NCBI GenBank assembly: GCA_008080735.1
Contig: SHMW01000001.1
Coordinates: 32,001-96,000, forward strand
Direction: 5' to 3'
DNA length: 64,000 bases
DNA from: Promethearchaeota archaeon
Lineage (GTDB): Archaea > Asgardarchaeota > Lokiarchaeia > Sigyniarchaeales > SOKP01
Position numbers and translations under genes: made by a program. Of this stretch, positions 10,501 to 19,839 are shown in pieces. Under the pieces are notes generated by a model, which searched no databases, had not been told where the DNA came from, and worked only from the letters and a program-made list of their open reading frames with translations. The first letter of the stretch is position 1. Each line of letters opens with the position of its first letter.

Positions 10501-12372
10501 GCTCAAAGGAAAAAGTGTATGAATTCCTTTCATACTTTTTCGTTCAGATTTCTCAGGTCGCCCCATACGCGAGCCCATGTAATAGGGGGCTTTGTTTTTT
10601 ATTTTAATTGAACTTTGCTTGTAAAAATAAGAAAAAACCGTAATATCTTCATCGGTTTCAATGATATTTTGACTTTTTAAATTAAAGATTTCAATATACA
10701 CCGAATCCATTGCCTTACTGAAATAGATCGAATCTCCTTTTACTTTATGAATTATTAAAGCTTTTTCTAAGATGCCTTTAATCTCTTGTTCATTTTTCAA
10801 TTCTATCGACTTATCGGACTTTGAATATGCCATTAAAAATGCTTTATGCAGGAGTTTTAACTCATCTAATTTAAGATTCCCCCAAAAATCTGTATAAGTT
10901 GGATGCAAGGGAATGTTAAAATCCATTGAAATCTTGAGAGCGTGTTCTGCCATAGGGATATTGGAAAATGGATTATTTACAAGCTTCTCCAATTCAGGAC
11001 TTTCAATCTTTCGTTCCTCCAATACCTTTTTGAGATCAAGAACCCACCATTCTTCCACATAACCAGAAGGGAGTAGTTTATGATTATTTTCGGCGAATTC
11101 TCCATATCCAAACAATATGTCTCCGAGAAAAAGGATTTTTTCAATTTTTGGGAACAATTTCTTGGCCATCTGCATTGAGCTCACCCTGATTACGTCACCA
11201 TTTTTCAGTTTGACAATTGGGGGTTCTATACCAGAGACAGGACAAATACTAGTGCTTTTTCCCGGTCTCTCTATGCGTAGTTGAGTTCCGATTGCAACAA
11301 AATTATCCAATAGAACCATCGTCGCGGGATGAAATCCTCCCGCGGCTAGTCCGGTATTCCTTGATCGTCCATATCGTATTCTATGACCACCCACTTTTGA
11401 AGGATAGCTAAAAACAGGTCTTCCTGCAATAATATCAGCTACATATTTTGAATTGGGAGTTATTTTGTTGTTATTTTGGTTTTCTTCTTGAGTTTTTTCT
11501 TTTTTATCTTGATCAGAATTCTTTTGGGCCACTTTCTTTAACTCCTTTAACCATTCCCATCCTTCAAGATTCATTTTGTTCGCTATTTTGAGGAGCTTGG
11601 GAGCTTTAAGTAAAATGCCATCATTCAAGACCAAACATGCGCCTCCTCTGATGCTATTGGTCTCAACACGAGGTAGATCTCTAAATGCCGAAACTTCTTC
11701 ATTTTCCGTGGAATCTCCATTTATTTCTATAGGTAAATGATCAACAGCAAAACGAATCTCATTGTTAGAGGAGGGGTATTGTAAATGTACTCTTCGGTCG
11801 TATAACTTTACTTCTTCCACATATCTTCCAATTTCTCCATCTGTTGCCTTATACTTGGGAATACTTGATTTTCTTCTAACAAAATCTGCGATAAGCACAC
11901 ATAATCCCGCAGTCGTCCCTCCAGCAGCACGTATAGGTCCCGCAAAGTATAAGGAAAGATATTTTTTTCCCTCATGATCGGTCCGTATCGAAATCTTTGA
12001 AATCCCTTCTAGAGGTGCACTGACGACACCCATAGTTTTAATTGCGAGCCCCACTCTGATTGCTCTATCAACACGATCATTTAAATCCTCAATATTTCCA
12101 ATTTTCTTATCTAAAATATCAGATACCACTTTAAATACAATCTCATCATCAGTTTTTCCTTTTTCTTTTAAAGTTCTGATTATGTTCGCTACTCCTTTCG
12201 GTCCAACTAATTTCTCAACTCTTCCAGCTAAATCTTTTGCTTGGGGAGATTCAATATATTTTTCTGGATCCATTCCTAGCTCCCGAGCTTGACTTGCGAT
12301 ACGATAACAATTATCCACTTCCTTTTGGATCTCTTCCATATATCGATCCATTTCCTCGCTCATTTCAACCAT
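7516..12372 (-). CDS. polC: DNA polymerase D large subunit DP2, intein-containing
   Basis: FAGPIRAAGGT, RYGRSRNTG, RMGRPEK, IRYDATD.P.THF, LAPHTSAG, KRRN/CDGDED, LTVNRGGIEKY. Confidence 0.98.
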   Translation of the reverse strand: MVEMSEEMDRYMEEIQKEVDNCYRIASQARELGMDPEKYIESPQAKDLAGRVEKLVGPKGVANIIRTLKEKGKTDDEIVFKVVSDILDKKIGNIEDLNDRVDRAIRVGLAIKTMGVVSAPLEGISKISIRTDHEGKKYLSLYFAGPIRAAGGTTAGLCVLIADFVRRKSSIPKYKATDGEIGRYVEEVKLYDRRVHLQYPSSNNEIRFAVDHLPIEINGDSTENEEVSAFRDLPRVETNSIRGGACLVLNDGILLKAPKLLKIANKMNLEGWEWLKELKKVAQKNSDQDKKEKTQEENQNNNKITPNSKYVADIIAGRPVFSYPSKVGGHRIRYGRSRNTGLAAGGFHPATMVLLDNFVAIGTQLRIERPGKSTSICPVSGIEPPIVKLKNGDVIRVSSMQMAKKLFPKIEKILFLGDILFGYGEFAENNHKLLPSGYVEEWWVLDLKKVLEERKIESPELEKLVNNPFSNIPMAEHALKISMDFNIPLHPTYTDFWGNLKLDELKLLHKAFLMAYSKSDKSIELKNEQEIKGILEKALIIHKVKGDSIYFSKAMDSVYIEIFNLKSQNIIETDEDITVFSYFYKQSSIKIKNKAPYYMGSRMGRPEKSERKSMKGIHTLFPLSDEVGNSRLVEKAVELRKVKIDVCRKKCLNCGKVTIFNKCSNCGTHTQLQKICTKCRKLFDTSYEECPQCQSRLDYSEEALFNIDKHLRKIVKSLNLALPDKMKGIFGLTNRYKVPEPIEKGILRAENGVLVYKTAEIRYDATDIPLTHFKPSEIGITLKQLRELGYNYDYKGAPLHSRDQIIEIKVQDVILSDDCAEYLVKVANFLDDELDLFYQMPRYYHVDSKSDLIGHLVVGLAPHTSAGIIGRVLGFSPARSIYAHPFWHASKRRNCFPGNTTILVDINQRVKKITLKELYENHFFEEYFDKMVYVKKKAIENIQVYSFDTKSNQIKKTNIKNVLKIPNSNHLINFKLYNGRSFQTTLNHPVIVYSKGELIEKKAFEVKKTDKFLLPRMDFQVIDKEFIDLIYEFRNEKFKKIWRELMIIGIKDFVTELVSILGLKETARKLKISKKILKTYYSSRDSIPFDVLINLLNLHNLSMKDVPDCILGFKQEDIQLNRYIRVDESLLKICGYYIAKGFYQKSKDKYKISFFFSENELRNDILNSISHSFGNDFGPNINKKRITISNRILYYFFKEILGFKNKARRKSIPSVFYNLPKEKIQYLLAAYFSSDAGLDMNHKKVVCSSFSSKLIQDLDLMLLRFGIFSALSRSKRDSNTEYELSIQGTNVVKFRQKVGFTSKKNSDGLRYIIKTMKTRPEDTYKKHALLRIKDIEEIHSKEEFVYSLHAKNYHSVLVNDNIVTHQCDGDEDGIMLLLDPLLNFSRHYLPSKIGGRMDATLVIGTFLDPKEIDTEAHNVDTLFQYPLEFYEATERYASPNEIEEIMDLVKNRLGTEGQYEHIGYNIPTDDINAGPTTTAYKLHESMDEKIEAQLHLAKIIQSVEAKAVAKKILSSHFNPDILGNLRKFSLQEFRCVKCNTKYRRPPLSNMGKCPKCGGNVILTVNRGGIEKYIPRALKLCEDFNLDEYTCQRMELIEEYVSSLTNNPRIKQQKLSDFF
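8275..9690 (-). mobile_element. 472-aa intein in DP2 with a LAGLIDADG-type endonuclease region
   Basis: KRRN|CFPGNT...TTLNHP (block B)...VTHQ|CDGDED; removal restores KRRNCDGDED. Confidence 0.95.
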
Positions 12373-12471
12373 TCGGAATAAACCTCTCTAAATTTTATGA
12401 AGATCATATGCTATACTTATATTATGTTATAAATCGAAATCATCATTAAACTCTAATTATTAATGGATTAT

Positions 12472-12558
12472 TTTTCTTTTAATATTGAAAGAGATAGCCG
12501 AAATGTTGATTTATTCTGAATAATATTAATCTTTCTCTCTCTCAATATTTAAAGAAAA
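12472..12558. promoter_or_regulatory. 23-bp imperfect inverted repeat in the divergent DP2/DP1 promoter region
   Basis: ttttcttttaatattgaaagaga (12472-12494) vs tctctctcaatatttaaagaaaa (12536-12558), 2 mismatches. Confidence 0.5.
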
Positions 12559-12642
12559 AGATATTTTTTCTTTAATAAGAAATAATAAAACTATGTCTTC
12601 AACATAGTAATTATTAATTATTAATACAAGGAAATTGAACTA

Positions 12643-14475
12643 ATGGAAAAATCATTGGAAAAGAAGAAAAAATTAGTCAAAAAATTAGTTAATGCTGGAA
12701 TTAATGCCACCCCATCCGTATTGGATTTAGTTATGACCATGCCAAATCCTTCAGAAAGTCTTGAATTTATAATTAAAGAAACAAGTTTTATTCCTACTTT
12801 TAAAAGTCATTTAACCTTGGAGATTATCAATAAAATTTCCAATGATGAAATCCAAAAGGCTCTGAAAAGGGCAATAAGAAAAAAAATAGTTAAACCTCCA
12901 AATGAAGAAGTTGAATCAATTGATAAGAGTTTAATTAATGTTTCAACAGAAATAACAGAGGATAAATCTGAAAAAATAACACAGGAAGAAATTAAAAATA
13001 CTCCATCCCGTAGACCCAAGGATTTACAACTAACACAGGTAAATTCTCCTTCTTCAAATATTAATACAAGTACCAAATCGTCAACCATTATTGTTCAAAA
13101 AGAACCATTTCAAGAAGACTCCGAATCCTCTACAAAAGTTAAAAATGATATCTCTACCAAAATTCAACAGATGAACCCCGGGAAATCGCAATTTAGATTT
13201 AACCCCATATCCAAGGAATATGATCCTAACTATAAAATAAAAATGGATCCAACGGGGAAGCTTTTTACTTCGGGAAAGTATGACGATTTTTATGATTTAA
13301 CTGTGGATAAGTATAACCAATTATATAAACTCATGCGAAAAAGACCGGAAACCCAATCAGCTATCAATATTGGAAATATTCTGAAATTTAATGAAAACAC
13401 AGAAATATCTACGATTGGACTAGTCAATGATTATAGACAGACTAAAAATGGCCATTACTTTTTCGTTTTAGAAGATCTAACTGGAGCTATTAATGTTTTA
13501 GTGAGAAAAGATTCTGAAATGTTTAGTACAGCGCAAAGAACGATTAATGATCAGATGCTTTTTGTTCAAGGAGAATATAGCCCTGGAAAAAAAGGGAAAA
13601 GTGGAATAATATTCGCATCCGCTATTTCAAAAATCGATGTACCAACCGGAATTAAACCTAATACTTCTCCAGATCCCCTATCAATTATGATGGTTTCAGA
13701 TACACACATTGGAAGCAGAGAATTCGAAGAAAAGTTATGGAAAAAGTTTACTGATTTTCTTAATGGACGGCTCGGAAATCAATCATACAGAGAAAGTGCT
13801 GGAAAAGTCAAATACATCATCATAAATGGAGATTTAATTGATGGAATCGGGGTATATCCGAATCAAGAGCAGGATCTGGTAATAGGAGACCTTTACAAAC
13901 AGTTTGAAAAAGCCGCAGAATTACTTTCTCAAATTCCAGATTATATCACAATATTCTATAGTAGCGGCAACCATGAACCTGTACGAAATGCTATTCCAAG
14001 ACCGGCAGTTCCTAAAAAGTATTGTCAAGAATTGGTAAATCTTGGTGTGAAAGTCGTTGGAAATCCTTGTCTAATTGAGACGCATAATGTAAATAGCCTA
14101 GTATTTCATGGAGATAGCTTGCTCGATCTGAACTTGCTTATTCCTGGTTTGGATAATAATAAGCCAGTTGACTCCATGAGAGAGTTATTAAAGTGTAGGC
14201 ATCTAGCTCCCGCATATGGTAATAAAACACAGATCGCTCCTACTGAAAAAGATTGGCTTGTTATTGATAAAATTCCCGAAATATTCCATTGCGGCCATTT
14301 GCATATTAATGGATTAGAAGGATATAGAAATGTTCAATTAGTAAATTCAGGATGTTTTCAAACTCAAACAGATTATATGAAAAGTTTTGGAATTAATCCT
14401 ACTCCGGGACAAGTCCCCCTTCTTGAGTTAGACACTCTTCATAGTCTTGAAGTAGACCTCAAGAAACTCACCTAG
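12643..14475 (+). CDS. polB: DNA polymerase D small subunit DP1 (3'-5' exonuclease)
   Basis: OB fold (LEDLTG.I), SDTHIGS, GDLIDG.G.YP.Q, GNHE, FHG, RHLAP.YG, GHLH, NSGCFQ.QT. Confidence 0.96.
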   Translation: MEKSLEKKKKLVKKLVNAGINATPSVLDLVMTMPNPSESLEFIIKETSFIPTFKSHLTLEIINKISNDEIQKALKRAIRKKIVKPPNEEVESIDKSLINVSTEITEDKSEKITQEEIKNTPSRRPKDLQLTQVNSPSSNINTSTKSSTIIVQKEPFQEDSESSTKVKNDISTKIQQMNPGKSQFRFNPISKEYDPNYKIKMDPTGKLFTSGKYDDFYDLTVDKYNQLYKLMRKRPETQSAINIGNILKFNENTEISTIGLVNDYRQTKNGHYFFVLEDLTGAINVLVRKDSEMFSTAQRTINDQMLFVQGEYSPGKKGKSGIIFASAISKIDVPTGIKPNTSPDPLSIMMVSDTHIGSREFEEKLWKKFTDFLNGRLGNQSYRESAGKVKYIIINGDLIDGIGVYPNQEQDLVIGDLYKQFEKAAELLSQIPDYITIFYSSGNHEPVRNAIPRPAVPKKYCQELVNLGVKVVGNPCLIETHNVNSLVFHGDSLLDLNLLIPGLDNNKPVDSMRELLKCRHLAPAYGNKTQIAPTEKDWLVIDKIPEIFHCGHLHINGLEGYRNVQLVNSGCFQTQTDYMKSFGINPTPGQVPLLELDTLHSLEVDLKKLT

Positions 14476-14557
14476 GTATAGATTTAAATTCTTTATATGA
14501 TATTAGATTTTTAACAGAAGGCGCATTTATTAGAATTAATAACGATGTATAGGAAAA

Positions 14558-15244
14558 ATGAGATTATTTAGCCCGCCCAAAAAAGACCCTTCTGAATTGC
14601 TTCTTTATATCTGGAAAATTATTAATCTGGATAACGTTTCGGAACAAGACTTACTATATAACATCTCCTTTGAGTTATACTTAATGTCTCCCGACAAAAC
14701 CTATATATTCATTCAGAAATGTGTTGAAAAAAATCTTTTAATACGTAATAGTGATGAGACCTTATCTTTGAATGAAAATTTAGAAAAAAAATTGCAGAAT
14801 TGGCAAGAAAAGCGAAAAAACCAAATGAAAAAATGGGAAATGCAATCAAAAACACAAAAAAGTACTTTAAAACAATTAAAACAAGAGAAGAAATCAGATT
14901 TTAACGTCCTCTTAAAAGCGTTTTTAGATAAAGGAACACTAAACCGAGCGGTGACTGTTTCTGACAGTGCTTTTAATATCAATGTTTTAGATGAAGCATC
15001 AGGGGTCATTGAAGCAGAAGTCCAAGGATCTAAAGAACAGCCATATAAAATTACACTGAATACCAACAAGAAGAATTTAAATCATGATTGTGATGATTTT
15101 ATTAATAAACGCGCAAGAAACAAAAAATTCTGCAAACATCTAGCAAAATTATTCCTTCTTTTAAAAGAAAATAATGAAAGTCTTGCTTTAAAGCTACTAA
15201 ACAATTTAGCAAGTTCTATAAATGATTGGGAATTTTCCTCTTAA
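14558..15244 (+). CDS. DUF2240-like N-terminal domain plus SWIM-type zinc finger
   Basis: ISFEL..MSPD N-terminal pattern; V.GS...PY....., HDCDDF...KKFCKH. Confidence 0.65.
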   Translation: MRLFSPPKKDPSELLLYIWKIINLDNVSEQDLLYNISFELYLMSPDKTYIFIQKCVEKNLLIRNSDETLSLNENLEKKLQNWQEKRKNQMKKWEMQSKTQKSTLKQLKQEKKSDFNVLLKAFLDKGTLNRAVTVSDSAFNINVLDEASGVIEAEVQGSKEQPYKITLNTNKKNLNHDCDDFINKRARNKKFCKHLAKLFLLLKENNESLALKLLNNLASSINDWEFSS

Positions 15245-15256
15245 ATTTTGATACTT

Positions 15257-16570
15257 CTAACTTAATTTCCTAAATACATTATTTTTAATTCTGACTTTTT
15301 TATTTTGTATCAAGACTGGTTTATAATTGAGCAGAGTTTTAATTTTCGCAATATGAGATAAAGTTCCCTCTAACAGCTTCTTGTCTATATCAAGGTTTAT
15401 AACTTTTGTCCTGCCATAATAGCCCAAAGATTTTTTTGCCGCAGTAATAATACCTGCTAATGATAATTCATTAATATAATCGCTAATCCTTCTGCGAGTT
15501 AAGGATCTTACACCCGGCATTTTATTTGTAAGTTCATCATGAACTTCATAGATGTCACCAGAAACAATTACTCTGTCATTGCTAAATATGGTAATTAAAT
15601 AAATTGCCGTCAAAACCAATTGGGCTTGTAGGGGCATCCCTTTTATATAATCAATAATATGGTCTCTCTCTAATTCATGTTGCGCTTTATTTACATGTTC
15701 ACGGGTAATCATCTTGTTTTGAGTTCTTTCTGCTATTTCTCCTGCTTTTCGAAGCAATTGGAGAGCTTTTCGAGCATCACCATGTTCCTTTGCCGCTAAA
15801 GCAGCACATAAAGGAATCACTCCTTCTTTAAGGATATCATCGCAAAAAGCTATTTTTGCTCTTTCTTTTAGTATATCTCCGAGTTCCTTTGCGTTATATG
15901 TGCTGAAAGTTATATGCTCCTTTCCTAAACTAGAGATAACTCTGGGATCTAAAGAATCTTTAAACTTTAATTTGTTAGAAATACCTATGAGACAGGTTCT
16001 ACAACTATCCAGATTCTCATTTAATCGCGTTAAATCGTACAAAATCTCATTACCTCCGCGTTTGTCCGCGATTAAATCTATCTCGTCCAATACTAAAAAA
16101 CAAATGGAATTACTAATTTTATGATCCAGTAAACCAAGAAGTTTTTTGAAGATAACATCTTTTGGAAGACCAGTTGGGGGGATCTTCTCTTGACCAACTA
16201 TTGTGTTATAGATATGAGCAAGAATACGATATGGTGTAGATACGATGCTACAATTTATATATATCCACCATGGTTTACTTTTCTTTGTGAATTGAGCTAA
16301 TTTTTGGCTAATATATCTGATTGTTGCCGTCTTTCCTGTCCCTGTCATTCCATAACAGAGAAAATTTGGGGGTGTATCTCCTCGCAATGCACAAGCCGTC
16401 TTACTTGCTATTTCTTTGATTTCGGTATCTCTGTGAGGTAATTCATTTGGTATATAGGCGGGTTCTAAGGCATCACGCTTTTTAAATATTTTGGGGCCGT
16501 TCAGATAATTTTTATAAAATTGATCAATGTTAAAATTATGATATTTTCCGTTTTTCAACACTACTAACAC
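15257..16570 (-). CDS. cdc6: Orc1/Cdc6 replication initiator
   Basis: Y.P..LPHRD, YGMTGTGKT, YINC, VLDEID, LDPRV.SSL, EHGDARKAL.LLRKAGE, C-terminal wHTH with GRT. Confidence 0.96.
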   Translation of the reverse strand: MLVVLKNGKYHNFNIDQFYKNYLNGPKIFKKRDALEPAYIPNELPHRDTEIKEIASKTACALRGDTPPNFLCYGMTGTGKTATIRYISQKLAQFTKKSKPWWIYINCSIVSTPYRILAHIYNTIVGQEKIPPTGLPKDVIFKKLLGLLDHKISNSICFLVLDEIDLIADKRGGNEILYDLTRLNENLDSCRTCLIGISNKLKFKDSLDPRVISSLGKEHITFSTYNAKELGDILKERAKIAFCDDILKEGVIPLCAALAAKEHGDARKALQLLRKAGEIAERTQNKMITREHVNKAQHELERDHIIDYIKGMPLQAQLVLTAIYLITIFSNDRVIVSGDIYEVHDELTNKMPGVRSLTRRRISDYINELSLAGIITAAKKSLGYYGRTKVINLDIDKKLLEGTLSHIAKIKTLLNYKPVLIQNKKVRIKNNVFRKLS

Positions 16571-16585
16571 CTTATTTAATGCTAA

Positions 16586-16615
16586 TTTGCACTGGAAGTA
16601 CCAACATTTCCACTA
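16586..16615 (-). promoter_or_regulatory. Mini-ORB-like boxes just upstream of cdc6
   Basis: Minus strand TTCCAGTGCAAA (16586-16597; one mismatch to TTCCAGTGGAAA) and a partial TAGTGGAAA (16607-16615), followed by an AT-rich intergenic region. Confidence 0.5.
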
Positions 16616-16868
16616 CATTTTACTATATTATATGGTTTTTTGAAAACTATATAAAGTTTCTTATTAACGCTTAATTTACTTCGAAAATGTTAATGTTTTA
16701 ATAAAACGCTAACTAGAATTGCTCTCATCTGTAAGTATAATTATTTATGTCGCTCTATTAAAAAACTTTTGTTAGCGCAAAAATAGGATTTAATATAACA
16801 TTAATAAGAAATCAAAAGAACAGCCCTAAAGGTTTTTGTCGATAAAAAACAAATCATAAACTCACAAT

Positions 16869-17453
16869 TTAAAAAATGAAAGAGATATCATATCCCTCTC
16901 TATTTTCTAATTCCTCCAGAAACACATCTAAGGGATACTCAGTTTCTATCATTTTTTTTGCAAACCTACGCATATGGTAATTTATCAAAGAATGTTTTTC
17001 CTTAAGGAGCTCTTTTTTCTCCTCTTCACTCATGTTTTCATATTCAATATAATTTTCAGTCCAGCTCTTTAGAGCATTAAATTTATATCTAAACTCATTA
17101 CGTTTATTATACAATTCTCGATATAATAAAAAAAGATCCGCATGGCTAAAAGTCCGGAGTCGTTTTTCTGCTTGTTCATATTCCTCTTTTACATCTATAA
17201 ATATATTATTCCAAACCACGATATAAATTTCCGCATCCCATGAGCCTTTTTTTCTACTTTTCTTATGACTACAATAAACCGTTTCTTTTAAAATACCTGT
17301 TACTACATATTTAGGTAAAATATCCCCCACGTTATAATGATTCAATATATTTTCAAACATTTTCGTTTGCGTGCTTGTAATCTCTGTTCCACATTCTTTA
17401 CATTTAATCGGATTCGGAAACTCAATAGTGTCAAATAATCCCATATTATTCAC
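16869..17453 (-). CDS. Hypothetical protein with an N-terminal CxxC motif
   Basis: MGLFDTI....CKECG.....QTK; typical codon and amino-acid usage. Confidence 0.75.
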   Translation of the reverse strand: MNNMGLFDTIEFPNPIKCKECGTEITSTQTKMFENILNHYNVGDILPKYVVTGILKETVYCSHKKSRKKGSWDAEIYIVVWNNIFIDVKEEYEQAEKRLRTFSHADLFLLYRELYNKRNEFRYKFNALKSWTENYIEYENMSEEEKKELLKEKHSLINYHMRRFAKKMIETEYPLDVFLEELENREGYDISFIF

Positions 17454-17556
17454 TTCATAAATCTAGGTTTAACTTAATTTTTATTTTAAATTTAAAAAGA
17501 GAACTCAAAAAGAATTAATGAATCTACCAAAAACATCTATCAAATATAGGAAACAA

Positions 17557-17748
17557 TTAGTGTAGTACCTTTAATTTTCTTTTTAATTTGGAGAACTTCA
17601 ATTCATATTCAGGACATTGTTTATAATTTGGAAATTTGCAAATTTCACATTTTTGAGGTAAAATACAACTCTCACTAAAAGGACAAAACAAAATATTAAA
17701 TTCCTTATTCTCCTTCACTTGATTAAGGGATATAACGCTCACCTTCAT
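17557..17748 (-). CDS. Small Cys-rich hypothetical protein
   Basis: 63 aa, CPF...C.....C..C......CPEY. Confidence 0.6.
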   Translation of the reverse strand: MKVSVISLNQVKENKEFNILFCPFSESCILPQKCEICKFPNYKQCPEYELKFSKLKRKLKVLH

Positions 17749-17853
17749 ATTTTTGTTAAAGAGAGAAATTCTTCTCTAATATAAAATCAAGGAGAGGGTG
17801 AAAATTTTCTAATTTATTTTTATGAATTTTAGAACTCTTCCTATGGAAATTTT

Positions 17854-18624
17854 TTACCAAGGAACATCTTTCAAACCAAGAATATAAGCAATTGTATTGG
17901 CAATGATGCTTACGGCGGGTGTTAAAATTATTAAAAAGATGAATATATTAAAATCTGGCGCAAGAAATAAATCAGGAAAGAGGAGTGATGGTATAAAACT
18001 CAGAAGTATACTAAATAAGGCAAAATCTAGCTGATCAATAATCCAGAACGGTCGACCACTTTGTATATTGAATCTGCGTTTTAAAAAAGAACCAAAGAGA
18101 TCACCGAATGCCGCACCAAAACTAATCATCACGATCCGTATTCCTAAAATGAGCACACCTAAAGGTAAAGGTCCTCCTGTAAAATAGTATTGATAGGTTG
18201 AAACGTGGGTGTAAAGCTGATATTGATCTATGGAGGAAGCAAATTCTACGATCGGAGCGATAAATGGCCACAAGATTATGAATATAATAAAAATACCCAT
18301 CGATATTGGGATCCCGATAAAGAGAGGCCCCAAAAATAACCCTTTCCAAGTTTTATGGGCCCCAAATAATCTCCTTCCATCAATAAAATTTTTCCCTCCA
18401 TCAATTGGATCTCCACCACCCGTTATAACCATACCCGCATTTGATATATACGCTGGTGCAATAAACAATAGAGCAAAAATAAGCGTGGCGACCCAATCTG
18501 CCCATGAATAGATAAACGAAACTACCAAAAAATCTGCGAGAAAAAAGAGTGCAAATAGAATTGCTAAAGTTTTTGCTATCCTCTTCTCACGAATGTCTGT
18601 ATTAATTTCTGTTTCATCCGTCAA
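17854..18624 (-). CDS. carS: CDP-archaeol synthase
   Basis: PAY.SN, PIDGG.NF.DGRRLFG..KTW.G, GDL.GSFLKRR, DQLDF. Confidence 0.95.
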   Translation of the reverse strand: MTDETEINTDIREKRIAKTLAILFALFFLADFLVVSFIYSWADWVATLIFALLFIAPAYISNAGMVITGGGDPIDGGKNFIDGRRLFGAHKTWKGLFLGPLFIGIPISMGIFIIFIILWPFIAPIVEFASSIDQYQLYTHVSTYQYYFTGGPLPLGVLILGIRIVMISFGAAFGDLFGSFLKRRFNIQSGRPFWIIDQLDFALFSILLSFIPSLLFPDLFLAPDFNIFIFLIILTPAVSIIANTIAYILGLKDVPW

Positions 18625-18733
18625 TGTTAATTTCCTAAAAAAATCGTTAATAATTAATATAAAATACTAAATTTAGAGTAAAATTTAAGGATTTTTGCTA
18701 TTCTTTAAATAACTCTAAACAGAATGAAGAAAT

Positions 18734-19273
18734 CTAAATTGCCATTTGTATCTGATCTAATGAACATTTGATTCTAATAGGACATTCCGCATTCTTTATA
18801 AAAATATACTCACTAAAGAGTTTATTGACTGTATGAATATAACTGCCTTTTTTCCCCACCGCAATCCCTCTATCTTCATAACTGAGAAAAAGGATGGAAA
18901 TCAGAATCTTTTCCACAGATAATCTTCTCTCGTCTGATGATTCAATCCATTCTATTTGGATATCATGAATATAAGTATCTGGAAAAAAACTGAATAACAA
19001 TTTTATCAATTTCTCCTCGTTTCGAATAAATAGAACTTTTGTTGAGTTAAAATCCTTTCGAATTTTATGGATATATTTTGATAAAAAGAAATAATCTTGA
19101 GGATTAAGAAAAAAGAAAACGAATTGATTTAGCACGATAATATTTTCGGGAAAATATCCCCCAGTCTTTTCATAAAAATAATTAAATAATTTTAATTCGC
19201 TATTGGAGTATTTTTTTCTAATATTTACTTCCTTTGAGAATATTAGATCTTCAGCATATTTACTGAGCATCAT
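18734..19273 (-). CDS. Divergent NusA-like KH-domain protein
   Basis: DRGIAVGKKGSYI KH motif; archaeal NusA-like size and layout. Confidence 0.6.
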   Translation of the reverse strand: MMLSKYAEDLIFSKEVNIRKKYSNSELKLFNYFYEKTGGYFPENIIVLNQFVFFFLNPQDYFFLSKYIHKIRKDFNSTKVLFIRNEEKLIKLLFSFFPDTYIHDIQIEWIESSDERRLSVEKILISILFLSYEDRGIAVGKKGSYIHTVNKLFSEYIFIKNAECPIRIKCSLDQIQMAI

Positions 19274-19375
19274 CTAAAAATAGTGATCTAATCTTTTAAA
19301 CCCCAGAGAAAAAATTAATTTTCTTATATGAATTAAAAAATGTATTAATTAAGAAAAATTAATCAATGAACTATA

Positions 19376-19813
19376 ATGAAAGATAGTGGATTTGAGTTTC
19401 TGGAACATACCGCAGACGTGAAGGCGCGAGCATATGGACCCAGTCTTGAAATCGCCTATTCTCAAGCTGCATATGCCCTAATGGCAACTATAACTCCAGA
19501 TCTAAGCAAGATTTCCAAAAAACGTGAAAAAATGTTTACAATAGCGGCTGAAGATGAAGAAGCTCTTCTTTTTGATTTTCTCTCAGAACTTCTTTATATC
19601 TTTGATGTAGATCATCTCGTATTTGGGGACATAACGGTGGAATCCATTGAAGAAAAAGGGCAGGAATATGAACTTAGCACAATTTTAATTGGAGAGGAAT
19701 TTGATAAAAATAAACACGAAATTGGTACTGAGGTTAAAGCTATTACTTATTCCTATATGAAAATTGAAGAAAAAGGAGATCTATGGGAAATTGAAGTGGT
19801 TTTTGATATTTAA
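19376..19813 (+). CDS. Archease
   Basis: FEFLEHTADV, LLFDFLSELLY, EVKAITY, C-terminal VFDI. Confidence 0.96.
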   Translation: MKDSGFEFLEHTADVKARAYGPSLEIAYSQAAYALMATITPDLSKISKKREKMFTIAAEDEEALLFDFLSELLYIFDVDHLVFGDITVESIEEKGQEYELSTILIGEEFDKNKHEIGTEVKAITYSYMKIEEKGDLWEIEVVFDI

Positions 19814-19839
19814 ATTTACTTCTATATAGTTAGGTACTA

